The position numbers and the translations under genes were made by a program. DNA of 64,000 nt from an uncultured Gemmatimonadales bacterium (GTDB lineage Bacteria > Gemmatimonadota > Gemmatimonadetes > Gemmatimonadales > GWC2-71-9), in assembly GCA_963695555.1 (NCBI GenBank), contig CAVOGR010000001.1, forward strand, positions 640,001 to 704,000, in the 5' to 3' direction. Within the stretch, counting starts at the first letter, position 1, and the number at the start of each line of letters is the position of its first letter. The notes beneath the pieces are model-generated. The model saw only the letters and a program-made list of their open reading frames with translations. It had not been told where the DNA came from and made no database searches. Shown in pieces: positions 11,637 to 21,835 of the stretch.

Positions 11637-12640
11637 GACGGCTCCGGCCGCTTGGTGCGCGCCCCGAAGGGACGTGGCTGGGTCGCACGATTGATGAACG
11701 GCACCATCGCGTTCATGAGCAGAATCGCGTACATGACGCCTTCGGCCAACCCACCCCAATACCGGATGACCACGACCAGGAGCCCGATCCCGACCCCGAA
11801 TATCCAGCATCCGGCGTTCGTCACGGGAGATGTGACCATATCGGTGGCCATGTACACCGCACCCAACATGAGGCCGCCGGAAAAGAGCATGGCCATCGCA
11901 CCGGCGTACCGCACCCCGTCGATGGTGTGGAGAAGCGCGGCAAAGAGGGCCACGGTGAGGAAGATGCTCGCAGGGATCCGCCAGTTGAGGTGCTTGCGGA
12001 GCGCCAGATAGGCGCCGGCCAGCAGAATCACGACGCCGGACGTTTCACCCAGCGATCCACCGGTGGCTCCGATCATCAGGTCCCAGAGGCCGGTGGGCGT
12101 CTGCTCGAACTTCATGAGGCCGAGCGGTGTTGCGCCGGTCAAGGCATCGACGACGCGGGGACTCGCGAACGGCAGGGCCAGGTTGTCTCCCCGGAACTGC
12201 CACCACGACTGGGGGGCGATCGGCCAGGTCGTGAGCGCAACCGGGAAGGCCGCTTGCAGGAAGGCGCGCCCGAGGAGTGCCGGATTGAAGACGTTTTGCC
12301 CCAGGCCCCCGAAGATCAACTTGCCGAACGCGATCGCGAAGGCGCCGCCGACAAATGCCATCCAGACGGGTAAGCCCGCGGGAAGCGAGAGCCCGAGCAG
12401 GAGACCCGTGATCGTGGCCGAGCCGTCGCCGATGGCGCCCCGTTGACCGAAGATCCGCTCCGTCACGAGGGCACCTGCCGTGGCGCCAACCAGCACCAGC
12501 AGGACGCTCGGTCCGAAATAGTAGGTGGCGATGGCAATGACCGGGACGAGGCTCCCGACTACCGACCACATGATCGTCGGCGTGCTATCGCGCCCGGAGA
12601 TATGGGGCGACGCCGCGATGAGAAGTCGGGGCGTCGTCAT
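11633..12640 (-). CDS. rnfD: Rnf complex subunit D
   Basis: SPH, FGGLGQNVFNPAL, flavinylation motif LTGATPL, MATDMVTSP; start at MTTPRLL. Confidence 0.95.
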   Translation of the reverse strand: MTTPRLLIAASPHISGRDSTPTIMWSVVGSLVPVIAIATYYFGPSVLLVLVGATAGALVTERIFGQRGAIGDGSATITGLLLGLSLPAGLPVWMAFVGGAFAIAFGKLIFGGLGQNVFNPALLGRAFLQAAFPVALTTWPIAPQSWWQFRGDNLALPFASPRVVDALTGATPLGLMKFEQTPTGLWDLMIGATGGSLGETSGVVILLAGAYLALRKHLNWRIPASIFLTVALFAALLHTIDGVRYAGAMAMLFSGGLMLGAVYMATDMVTSPVTNAGCWIFGVGIGLLVVVIRYWGGLAEGVMYAILLMNAMVPFINRATQPRPFGARTKRPEPS

Positions 12641-13962
12641 GCAACGGCCTTCTGCTTGCGCAGCGCGAGCTTGGACGCCTGGAACAGTTGAGAGAGGGGA
12701 ATGTTCGACGGGCAGGTATAGCTGCAGCAGCCGCAGAGCATGCAATCGGCCAGCCGGTTCGCCTCCATGTCCTCGTACCGCTCGACCATCGCCAAATTGC
12801 CGAGCAGTTGCGGATTGAGATACACCGGGCAGGCATCGACGCAATGGCCGCAGCGGATGCACGGGTAGGTGGCCACCGGGCGGCAGTCCGACTCGGTCAA
12901 GACCACCACGCCGGTGGTGCCCTTGAGGACGGGGGCGTCGAGGTCGGCGACGGCCGCCCCCATCATGGGCCCGCCAAAGACGACTTCCTTCGCGTCGGGG
13001 GTGAGTCCGCCGCAGGCGTCCAGGAGGTCGCGGGTCTTCATTCCCACCGGCACGATCAGATTGGCCGGCTCCATGACGCCGTGGCCGGTCACGGTGACGA
13101 TGCGCTCGATCAACGGGAGTCCCGTTTCGAACACCTCGGCGATGGTCGCGACAGAAGCGACATTCTGGACCACGGCACCGACGTGCATTGGGAGCTTGCC
13201 CGACGGGACCTCCCGGTCGAGCAGGGACTTGATCAGCATCTTCTCCGCGCCCTGCGGATACTTGACCGTGAGCGGGTGGACGGAAATATCGAGGTCGCGC
13301 GGCCGCGCGGCCTCGATGGCCGCGATCGCATCCGGCTTGTTCTTCTCGATGCCGATCATGGCACGCTCGACCCCGAGGCACCGCATCATGATCCGGATGC
13401 CGAGGTGGACCCGATCGGGGTACTCCGCCATGGTCCGGTGATCGGTGGTCAGATACGGCTCACACTCGCAGCCGTTGATCACCAACACGTCGATCGGCTG
13501 ATCTTTCGGCGGGGTAAGCTTGACGTGAGTCGGAAACGCGGCTCCACCCAGACCCACGACGCCGGCGTCTTGGACGGCGCGTACCAACTGCTCGGCTGTG
13601 AGGCCTCGCCAGTCCGGGATGATGCGCGGACGCGGCGCTTGGGCGGAGAACCGCTCCACGGTGATGCGCACGGCCGTGGCGTAGGAACCATCCGGGTGCG
13701 GCCAGAGGTCGATGTCCCGCACGACGCCCGTGGCCGAGGCATGGACCGGCGCCGAGATATACCCGTCCGCCTCCCCGATCTTATCGCCACGCTCCACCCG
13801 ATCACCGGGGCGAACGATGACCTTCGCCGGCTTGCCGGTGTGCTGACGAAGCGGAAGGATGACCTCCTCGGGGAAGGGCACCCGCCGGATGCGAATGCTT
13901 CCGGTAAGCTCCTTCAGGTCAGGCGGATGGACCCCATGGCGGAACTTGAGTTGGTACGGCAT
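12637..13962 (-). CDS. rnfC: Rnf complex subunit C
   Basis: GLGGAAFPTHVK, NGCECEPYLTTD, YPQGAEK, GGPMMG, two CxxCxxCxxxCP motifs. Confidence 0.96.
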   Translation of the reverse strand: MPYQLKFRHGVHPPDLKELTGSIRIRRVPFPEEVILPLRQHTGKPAKVIVRPGDRVERGDKIGEADGYISAPVHASATGVVRDIDLWPHPDGSYATAVRITVERFSAQAPRPRIIPDWRGLTAEQLVRAVQDAGVVGLGGAAFPTHVKLTPPKDQPIDVLVINGCECEPYLTTDHRTMAEYPDRVHLGIRIMMRCLGVERAMIGIEKNKPDAIAAIEAARPRDLDISVHPLTVKYPQGAEKMLIKSLLDREVPSGKLPMHVGAVVQNVASVATIAEVFETGLPLIERIVTVTGHGVMEPANLIVPVGMKTRDLLDACGGLTPDAKEVVFGGPMMGAAVADLDAPVLKGTTGVVVLTESDCRPVATYPCIRCGHCVDACPVYLNPQLLGNLAMVERYEDMEANRLADCMLCGCCSYTCPSNIPLSQLFQASKLALRKQKAVA

Positions 13963-13969
13963 CAGGGCC

Positions 13970-16900
13970 TCACGCGAAAGGCTCGGCCCGCTTCATCCAC
14001 TTCGCGAGGTCTTTCTCCTTTGGGTTGAGCGGCGTGCCCGGGTGAATGATCTGTACCGGACACTTCTCTGCGGCCATGACCAGCTCCTTGAACGTGCCGG
14101 CCTTCGGATCCTTGATGTATGCCTGCTTCTTGTCGTTGTAGGCGAACATACGCTTGTTCATGTTGGTGCACTCGTCGCACGTGGTGCACCGCGCCGAGTC
14201 GATCCACGGCCCCAGCACCAGGCCCTCTTCTTCCTCTTCCTCCACGGCGGCCGGCGCGGCCGCCGAAGCCGGAGCTACGGCGACCGGGGCGGCTGCGGCA
14301 GTGGCGCTCGCCGCCGGTGCGGCCCGCAGGTCACTCTCACCGGGTTCGAGGCGCAATGGTGCCAAGCCGGGTTGGGACTGGACTTGTGCCAAGAGATCCG
14401 CCACGGTCCGCTGGCCGTTGCCCGCCCGGACCAGGCCCTCCGCCATGCGCCGTGCGATGACCCGCGGATACCGGGTCTTGAGGTCGGCGATCTTCGCTTC
14501 GTACTCTGCGCGAAGGGCCTCGACTTTCGCGGCGAATTCCTGTTCCACCGATTCCTCGACTAAGCCTCGCACCTCCTCCGTCGCCTCGAGCCCGGCCAGC
14601 TGCTTGAGTTGGGACCAGACTTCGAGACGGTCCTCCGCCAGCCGGACGATCTCATTCGAGGCGACGAGCCGGCCCAGCCGGTTGCCGTCCTGGTGGACAT
14701 AAATGAATGGGGTGTGACCCTCCCGTTCTTCCGGGGCCAGCTCCAGATACTCATGGAAGGGCACATACTCCCCTTCGGCATCCCGAGCCAACGGGCTGAA
14801 GTGTTTCTTGAACCTCGTTTCGGTGGCGGCCCAGTCGGCGATGGTCAGCGGCAGCGTCATGACTGCTTCGTTGCCATCCTCGTCCTGGTACTTGAGGTCG
14901 TACTCCGGCCAGGTGTCCCGGATCGATGGGTTGCCGTCGAGCGATAGCCGTTCGGGGAAGGATGTTCCCTGCGCCGGGTCGAACACCAAGACCGGGTAGG
15001 CCCGGGTCTCGAGCGCCAGCCTCGCCGCCTTGGTCGAGGCGTCGTCGCCGAGGCCATGCTCCGGCGGGCAGGGAGAGTGGAGCATGAACACCGAGGGATA
15101 ATGCGATTGGAGACCGCGGAGGACGCCGCCGATCAAGTGGGACGACGCCGCTTGCGACGACTGGAGCACGAAGACGTTGCGATGGGCCATCGCGATGAGC
15201 GACATCTCCTTGCGGGTCTCCTCCTTGCCGTGCTGTCCCTTTCCGAACGCGGCCATGTCGCTGACCTGCCCGAGGAACCCGCTGGTGCAGGCCTGTCCGC
15301 CGGTGTTGGAGTAGACCTGGGTATCGAGCACCACGACCCGGATCGGCTTGCCGGACGCCAGGAGCCGGGACAGGTTTTGGAATCCGATGTCGAGCATGGC
15401 GCCGTCGCCGCCCAAGGCGATGATCGGCGGACACATATCGAACTCATCCTCGTTGAACTGGCGCCATTCGAACCGGGTGAACTCCCGCTCGTGCTCGGCG
15501 GGGTCATATTGGTCGGCCAGCTCGAGCTCCGCGCGGCGCACCGCGACGAACCCATCGGCCATCTTCCGCATGTGCGCTTCGAACACTCCGATGGCGATCG
15601 AGGGCGCATCCTGGAAGAGGTGGTTGACCCATGGGAACGGATACGGATTGTACGGATACGTACTGCCCCAGACCGAGGAACAGCCGGTGGAGTTGGCCAT
15701 TCCCACCGTGGCCCGTCCCTTGCCGCTGGGCCCCTCGGTGTAGCGCCACCTCAGGTCCTTGAGATCGCGGAGCATGCGGGAGATCCGCTCTACCACGGCC
15801 TTCTTCTCACCCTGAAGCGGGATGTCTCCGCCGTCGAGAATCCGTGCCACGCCGTCCAGATCGACCTCCGACGCGAGAATGCCGCGTGCCTTGGCGTCGA
15901 GCTGGGCAATTAGCCCGTCCAGCCGTTCCACGTAGCGTTTCACCCGCGGCAGCATGAGCGCGTTGACGGCCGAGAGGACCAAGTGCACCACGGTCTTCTC
16001 GCCGCAGCCCATGCAGGCGCCGTCGCCACCCGCCATGGATCGGTAGTTGCTCTGCTTGAGCAAGAGCGATGACAAGACGCCGATGCCCTCTTCGAGACTC
16101 GCGATGTTGACGTAGCGATCGTTGGTCTCGGGCAGGTGCTGCCAGACCTTCCACGTGCGCCGCAGCTGATCGACGACTTCTTCGTCTTGCTTGATGGTGA
16201 TCAATGCCTGATCGGGGCACACTTCGACGCAGAGGTTACAGCCCTTGCATGCCTCCGGATTCACAGTGATCGAGAGCAACCCGCCGGTTCCCTTTTCCTT
16301 GGACTCCGGCAGATCGAAGAACGGTCCGGTCTTGGCCAAGGGGAATTCGACTAAGGCTGAGTAGACCGGCGCGAATTCATCATCGAGCTCGCGGCGGCGC
16401 TCCGGTGACAGGTTGAGCTTGTCCGTCACGGTCCGGTATGCGGTCGACAGCACATCGGAAAAGCTGGTCAAGGACACACCCTTGAGAATGCGACGTGACT
16501 CCATGGAAAGCGGCTTCACGATCTGGCGCAGCCGATCGAACGTCCGGCCGTTGGAGACGCTCGCAATCGCGGCGTGAATAACCTCATCGATTTCGCTCAC
16601 CACACCCGGGATGGCCGCATCGGGGCATTGGGTCCAACACTGGGCGCAGCCGGTGCACTTGTCCGCTATGAACTTGGGCACTTCGAACCGGATGTCGGTC
16701 ATATCGCGGATTGTGCTGGTAGCGGCCGGAATAGCGCTCATGGCCGCGAAGGGATCAGCGATCCCGTCGTCACCCGTCTTATAGAGGGCGCACACCTGTT
16801 CCCAGAACCTGCCCGGGTTGCCCATGCCGGGCCGTACGTTGGTGCCGTCGAGAATGGCCGGCATGACGGGCGGGGCACCAACTTCGCCTTCAGCCACTGA

Positions 16901-19009
16901 GAAAGCGGCGGTGTCCAGCGTCTGGACTTCATCGAAGCCGCGCCGGATGACGCGCAAATTGTCCTCCACCACCCGCTTGCCTCGGCTGCCGAACTTCTTG
17001 GACATCTGCGCGCGAATGCCGTCGAACAGCTTGACTTCATCCAGCCCTTCGCGCTCGATGAGTCCGGAGACCCGGAAGAACGCCCCCATGAACGCGGCAC
17101 CCTGCATGCGGTACCGGAGATCGGGGTCGGATGCCTCTTCCATGGCGATCTTGAACGCATCGAGGAAGTGCACCCGGATGCCGCGGTCTTTGATCGCCTT
17201 GTGGCCGGTGGCCGGGAGACTGGCCCAAAACTCCTCCGGAGACCGGTCGGTTTGGATCACGAAGACGCCGCCCTCGGCGAGCCCCGCGAGGGGATCGGAA
17301 TGGCGGAACACGTTGGGATCGGGTGAGAGCACGACGTTCACATTCTTGAGCTCGCAGTTGAGCCTGATGGGCTCCTTGGCGAGCACCGCATAGAACGTGG
17401 TCGGCTGGCCCTTCTTTTCCGACCCGTACTTGGGGTTGGCCTTGATGTACATGCCTAGGAGTTCCGAGGCCGTCATGGCGACGTTCTTCCCCATCGTGAT
17501 CGCCCCCCAGCCACCCACGGAATGGATGCGAATGGCGGTGGATCCTTTGGGGAGGAGGTTGACGCCGTCCGCCGGTGGGAGCGACAGCTCCACCAGCTTG
17601 GGGTAGGTCTCCAAAAGTTCCTGCTGCCAGATCTCAAGCTTGGGCAGTCGGGTTCCCTGCCGGATGAAGTCGATCCCGAGATAGAACTGCCGCCGGTTCG
17701 CTCCTCCAGGCAGCATGTTCTCGACCGCCGCGATGAGATCGTGCGGTTGGAGATCGCGGCTGCCGAGTCCGAAACACCCCGCGTAGAAGGCCGGTACCTC
17801 GGACGGGCCGCATGCGGCTAGGCCCGGGAACGGGGCCGAACCGTTGCCCCGCGAATTTTCCGCGGCCTTGCTCATCGCCGCACGGATCTCACGGAGAATT
17901 GGTGGATCGACCGCGAGCGGCTGGTCCAGCCGCTCGAGCACCGTCACGGCCCGCTTGCCCTTGAGCAAGTGGGTGATGACATCCGCGGGGAAGGGCCTGA
18001 ACATCGTCACGTTCAGGATGCCGATCTTGAGTCCGCGGGTCTCGCGCAGATAGTCGCACACCGCCTCGGCGTTGGGCACCACCGAGCCCTGCCCGGCGAT
18101 GACGAACTCGGCGTCATCCAACCGATAGCCCGAGGCCCGCGCGTATTGCCGGCCCGTCAAGGCGGCGTATTCCGCGAAGACCTGGTCGGTAAGCGCCAGC
18201 AGGTGGTCGAAATAGAACGGACGTTGGGCCGCGACACCTTGCTGGTAGCTGTCCTGATTCTGCACGACGCCCGTCATGGTCGGGTAGTCGAGATCGAAGA
18301 TTTCGGGAATCCGGCGACGGCGGTCACCGAAGACGTATCGCTGCGCCGGCGTGGGAGACTCGATCATGTCGGAGGGGTCGCCAAGGAACTCCTTGACGAG
18401 CTCGCGCTCCGGCATGAGGACGGATTCGATGACGTGGCTGGTGAGGAACCCGTCTTGGGCGCAGATGCCGGGATTGAGCGACAGCTCGGCGACCTTGTGG
18501 GCAATCAGGTTCAGATCGGCCGCCTCTTGCGCGTCCTTGGCGAAGAGCTGGAAGAACCCGGTATCGTCCACCGCGTGATAGTCGTCGTGCCCCGCGTGCA
18601 CGTTGAGCGCGTGCTTGGTCATGGCCCGTGCGGCGATGTTCAGCACGTAGGTCAAGCGCTTCCCGACCGCGGCGTACAGCGACTCGTGCATGTACGCGAT
18701 GCCCTGGCCGCTGGAGAAGTTGGTGGCGCGGAGTCCTGCCATGCTCATTCCGGCAGTGACCGCGGCCGCGGCGTGTTCACCTTCGGGCTCGAAGAAGATG
18801 AGCCGTCGGCCGTTGACGTTGGTCTTGCCCTCGGCCACGGCAGCCGCCCAGCCTTCGCCCATCTGGGTCGACGGGGTGATCGGATACGCTCCGGCTCCTT
18901 CGCTGGCCGCCGTTTCCATCTCGACAATGGAGCTGGTGCCGTCGACCGCCGTGGGAATGCCGGGGTACTTCGGTGAAGCAGTCGGGGGAGTCTTCTTCTT
19001 GAAAATCAC
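13970..19009 (-). CDS. Large single-chain pyruvate:ferredoxin oxidoreductase (NifJ/PFOR-type) with extra C-terminal ferredoxin domain
   Basis: YPITPST, GACMGCGE, STGCSSVWG, GGDGAMLDIGFQ, VYSNTGGQ; two ferredoxin Cys motifs plus C-terminal CTTCDEC...CP. Confidence 0.92.
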   Translation of the reverse strand: MIFKKKTPPTASPKYPGIPTAVDGTSSIVEMETAASEGAGAYPITPSTQMGEGWAAAVAEGKTNVNGRRLIFFEPEGEHAAAAVTAGMSMAGLRATNFSSGQGIAYMHESLYAAVGKRLTYVLNIAARAMTKHALNVHAGHDDYHAVDDTGFFQLFAKDAQEAADLNLIAHKVAELSLNPGICAQDGFLTSHVIESVLMPERELVKEFLGDPSDMIESPTPAQRYVFGDRRRRIPEIFDLDYPTMTGVVQNQDSYQQGVAAQRPFYFDHLLALTDQVFAEYAALTGRQYARASGYRLDDAEFVIAGQGSVVPNAEAVCDYLRETRGLKIGILNVTMFRPFPADVITHLLKGKRAVTVLERLDQPLAVDPPILREIRAAMSKAAENSRGNGSAPFPGLAACGPSEVPAFYAGCFGLGSRDLQPHDLIAAVENMLPGGANRRQFYLGIDFIRQGTRLPKLEIWQQELLETYPKLVELSLPPADGVNLLPKGSTAIRIHSVGGWGAITMGKNVAMTASELLGMYIKANPKYGSEKKGQPTTFYAVLAKEPIRLNCELKNVNVVLSPDPNVFRHSDPLAGLAEGGVFVIQTDRSPEEFWASLPATGHKAIKDRGIRVHFLDAFKIAMEEASDPDLRYRMQGAAFMGAFFRVSGLIEREGLDEVKLFDGIRAQMSKKFGSRGKRVVEDNLRVIRRGFDEVQTLDTAAFSVAEGEVGAPPVMPAILDGTNVRPGMGNPGRFWEQVCALYKTGDDGIADPFAAMSAIPAATSTIRDMTDIRFEVPKFIADKCTGCAQCWTQCPDAAIPGVVSEIDEVIHAAIASVSNGRTFDRLRQIVKPLSMESRRILKGVSLTSFSDVLSTAYRTVTDKLNLSPERRRELDDEFAPVYSALVEFPLAKTGPFFDLPESKEKGTGGLLSITVNPEACKGCNLCVEVCPDQALITIKQDEEVVDQLRRTWKVWQHLPETNDRYVNIASLEEGIGVLSSLLLKQSNYRSMAGGDGACMGCGEKTVVHLVLSAVNALMLPRVKRYVERLDGLIAQLDAKARGILASEVDLDGVARILDGGDIPLQGEKKAVVERISRMLRDLKDLRWRYTEGPSGKGRATVGMANSTGCSSVWGSTYPYNPYPFPWVNHLFQDAPSIAIGVFEAHMRKMADGFVAVRRAELELADQYDPAEHEREFTRFEWRQFNEDEFDMCPPIIALGGDGAMLDIGFQNLSRLLASGKPIRVVVLDTQVYSNTGGQACTSGFLGQVSDMAAFGKGQHGKEETRKEMSLIAMAHRNVFVLQSSQAASSHLIGGVLRGLQSHYPSVFMLHSPCPPEHGLGDDASTKAARLALETRAYPVLVFDPAQGTSFPERLSLDGNPSIRDTWPEYDLKYQDEDGNEAVMTLPLTIADWAATETRFKKHFSPLARDAEGEYVPFHEYLELAPEEREGHTPFIYVHQDGNRLGRLVASNEIVRLAEDRLEVWSQLKQLAGLEATEEVRGLVEESVEQEFAAKVEALRAEYEAKIADLKTRYPRVIARRMAEGLVRAGNGQRTVADLLAQVQSQPGLAPLRLEPGESDLRAAPAASATAAAAPVAVAPASAAAPAAVEEEEEEGLVLGPWIDSARCTTCDECTNMNKRMFAYNDKKQAYIKDPKAGTFKELVMAAEKCPVQIIHPGTPLNPKEKDLAKWMKRAEPFA

Positions 19010-19858
19010 GCGTATGCCCTCTCAGCTGTCGGGGTGCGCTCGAAGGTCTGAGCGCCGTCAACCCACACGATCGCACCCGTGGGACACCGTGCCGTCGCCT
19101 GCAGGAGTGGCGAGGCTGTTCTTAGAATAGTCGATGACGGCCAAGCCGTTCACCATCGCGATCAGTCCGGGAGCCGCATCCAGCGCGCACTTGCCGCATC
19201 CCGTGCAGGCGACCTGGCAGACCGCTTCCGCCTCGTCGCCCTCGAGCAGGTTCTTGCATTGCACGATGAGCATCTGCTCGACGGGCATCAAGGTGAACAG
19301 GTCCTTCGGGCAGGCCTCCACGCAGTCGCCGCATGCCGTGCAGCGCTCCGGGATCACGACCGGAAGCTCCGCATCGTTCATATAGATCGCGTCGAAGTCG
19401 CACGCGATCTCACAGTCCGCGAGGCCGAGGCAGCCCCACGAGCAGCCCTTCCCGCCGCCAGCGACCGCCGCGGCCGCCTTGCAGGTCTGGAGCCCCCGGT
19501 ACTCGGCCTGCGGCGGGGCGACGTCGCAGCCGCCCGCGCACAGGAGCCGGGCCACCCGCTTGGTGGCCTCGCCCGCATCCACCCCCAGATAGGAAGCCAT
19601 GTCCGTTACCTGGTCGGGGCCCATCACGGTGCAGGTTGCCGGTTGGATCTGTCCGTCGATCAGGGCCTCGGCAAATGCCCGGCACCCCGCCTTTCCGCAG
19701 GCGCCGCAGTTGTTGCCCGGGAGCATGTCGGCCACCGCATTGATCCGGGGGTCTTCCCACACCCAGAACTTGCGGTTCGCAAGGGCGATGAGGGTGGCAA
19801 AGACCAAGCCGACTCCGCCCAGGATGGCGACCGAGACCAGTACCGTCGTAAGGTCCAT
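19006..19858 (-). CDS. rnfB: Rnf complex subunit B (one-base frameshift near 19100, probably a sequencing error)
   Basis: LPGNNCGACGKAGC and ferredoxin motifs; removing one base near 19100 restores ...ATARCPTGAIVWVDG...AYA* with TGA overlapping the PFOR GTG start. Confidence 0.88.
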
Positions 19859-19869
19859 GGACGCTCCAG

Positions 19870-20892
19870 TCAGCTCACGTCGGTGAGATCGGCCTGCTGC
19901 AGAAGCCAGGCGGCGAGTTTGTCGACCGGATCGGCTGCGGTCTCCGGGGCTCCAGCCGGAAGGCCTCCGACCGAGGCGTCGCCGCGGGCCGGACCGCTGG
20001 GCTTGGCCGCTTCTGCCATGGCGGTCAACTGCCGAAGTTCCTCGGCCTGCTGACGCGGACTCAAGCCGCCCGTGGAGCGCGTCGGTTCCCGTGATGGTAC
20101 CGATCCGATCGAGAGCCGCTGCCACGGTGCCGCGCCCGCTGCCGGATCGTGGGTGAACACGGCCGCCGTTTCGGGCATGAGGGCCGCCACTCCCGGTCCG
20201 TCCCAGGCAGCGAAACGGTCTAGGCCGCTCACCACGTGCGTCTGCATCACAAAGGTGCCCGGCGTGATTAGACGGACCAGCGGGGCCGGGGGGGCCTCTC
20301 CCCGAACGACCAGGACGAGCTTCTGCGATCCATCCAGGAATTCCGCCACGCCGCCGGTCCGCAGATCGGCGCCGTCGACCGTGACCACCAGCGGCGGCGC
20401 TAGCGCACGCTCGCGCCGGCTCCACTCGGGGAACGCGAAGCCATCCAGGCTCGGCGCCCGCGTGGTGCGCGCCGCTCCTCCGGACCGGGCCTGATCGAAC
20501 GCGCGAGCAGCACCGAAGGCGCGTCCAATTTGTTCGAGCGCCTGGCCGACCGTCGCGGTGAGGTTCCCTCCCGACGGCACGTCCACGAGGAACAGGTCCC
20601 GATCGAGCGCCGCCAGATCGCGGATTGTGTCGCGGGCCTTCTGGATCGTCTTGAGGAGCCGCCCATCCAACGACGCGGTTGCGAACAGGGACGAAAACCG
20701 TTCGCCATCGATGCGGCTGCCGGCAAACGGCCCGAGCTCGACCGTCATGCGCTCCCGGGTCCCATTGGAATTCCCGCGGTTCGCGATGTAGTGGTCGACC
20801 TGGTCGGCTGTGGTTCCAAGGGCGGCAAGGAAGGCATCGCGCTGGCCCGCCAGGGCCTGGAAGACGAGGTCCACGCGGTCGTCAGACGGCAT
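19870..20892 (-). CDS. Conserved hypothetical protein; degenerate paralog of the PFOR C-terminal TPP-binding domain
   Basis: EWSRRERALAPPLVVTVDG, TFVMQT and FTHDPAAGAAPWQRLSI align by eye with the neighbouring PFOR (EW...CPPIIALGGDG, VFVLQS, VFDPAQGTSFPERLSL). Confidence 0.7.
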   Translation of the reverse strand: MPSDDRVDLVFQALAGQRDAFLAALGTTADQVDHYIANRGNSNGTRERMTVELGPFAGSRIDGERFSSLFATASLDGRLLKTIQKARDTIRDLAALDRDLFLVDVPSGGNLTATVGQALEQIGRAFGAARAFDQARSGGAARTTRAPSLDGFAFPEWSRRERALAPPLVVTVDGADLRTGGVAEFLDGSQKLVLVVRGEAPPAPLVRLITPGTFVMQTHVVSGLDRFAAWDGPGVAALMPETAAVFTHDPAAGAAPWQRLSIGSVPSREPTRSTGGLSPRQQAEELRQLTAMAEAAKPSGPARGDASVGGLPAGAPETAADPVDKLAAWLLQQADLTDVS

Positions 20893-21835
20893 ATCGATCC
20901 AGCTCCGTGTTGAGCAACGCCAGCTTCTGTTCTGCGGACTGGAGGTGCTCGCGCCGCACCTCCTCGTACACCGGCAAGCTCGCATTCCGATAGAACATGC
21001 CGAGGCGCACCTTCCCGTCGACCTGGGCCAGGCGATGTGCCTCAGTCAGGTCGGAAGGGTCGTGGACGACATGGTTCTGGTAGAGCGCCTCGACGTCCGG
21101 GGCCACGATTCCGTTCGGATGTACGAGGAGTTCGACGTTCTTCGGGTCGCGGACGGCGTCCAAGAAGAGCGTCTCGGTGAACTTGGGACACCGCTGAAGG
21201 ATCCGAATGAAGGAAAAGCCGCGGTGGTGGAACCCCGCCGAGAGCGTTTGAAACAGATGCTCAGGAATCCAGTCACCGGTCTGGGCCACGAACGAGGCAT
21301 TGGTGACGCCAAGTGTTGTGGAGATCGGATTGAGGCCCGGGAGATAGGCACCCCTGGGCTGAGTATTACTGGGTTGCCCCTGCGGCGAGGTCGGCGACGT
21401 TTGGTTCTTGGTCAGGCCGTACACGCCATTGTCCAACATCAGCACGACCATGTCCGGGTTGTACCGGGTCGTGTGGATCCAGTGCCCGGCGCCGATGGAG
21501 CAGCAGTCCCCGTCACCCATGACCACAAAGACGTGGAGGTCGGGGCGACGGAGTTTCACACCCGTGGCGACGGGAAGCGCCCGGCCGTGCAGGCCGTGGA
21601 AGCCGTAGGTGTGGAGGTAGTGGGGGAAGCGGCTGGAACACCCGATGCCGGACACGAACACGGTGCGCTCGGGCGGCAGTTGCTCGGTTTCCAACAGGCG
21701 TTCGACCGCGGCGAGGACGGCGTGGTCTCCGCACCCAGGGCACCAGCGCGCCGTGGCTCCGGCATAGTCGTCCATAGTGAACGAACGATCGTCGTCCGTT
21801 CCGCACCCCAGCAGTGAGCAGCCCTCCTCGATCAT
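20882..21835 (-). CDS. korB: 2-oxoacid:ferredoxin oxidoreductase beta subunit
   Basis: WCPGCGD, SGIGCSSR, HGLHGRA, GDGD, DNGVYGLTKNQTSPT. Confidence 0.92.
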   Translation of the reverse strand: MIEEGCSLLGCGTDDDRSFTMDDYAGATARWCPGCGDHAVLAAVERLLETEQLPPERTVFVSGIGCSSRFPHYLHTYGFHGLHGRALPVATGVKLRRPDLHVFVVMGDGDCCSIGAGHWIHTTRYNPDMVVLMLDNGVYGLTKNQTSPTSPQGQPSNTQPRGAYLPGLNPISTTLGVTNASFVAQTGDWIPEHLFQTLSAGFHHRGFSFIRILQRCPKFTETLFLDAVRDPKNVELLVHPNGIVAPDVEALYQNHVVHDPSDLTEAHRLAQVDGKVRLGMFYRNASLPVYEEVRREHLQSAEQKLALLNTELDRYAV

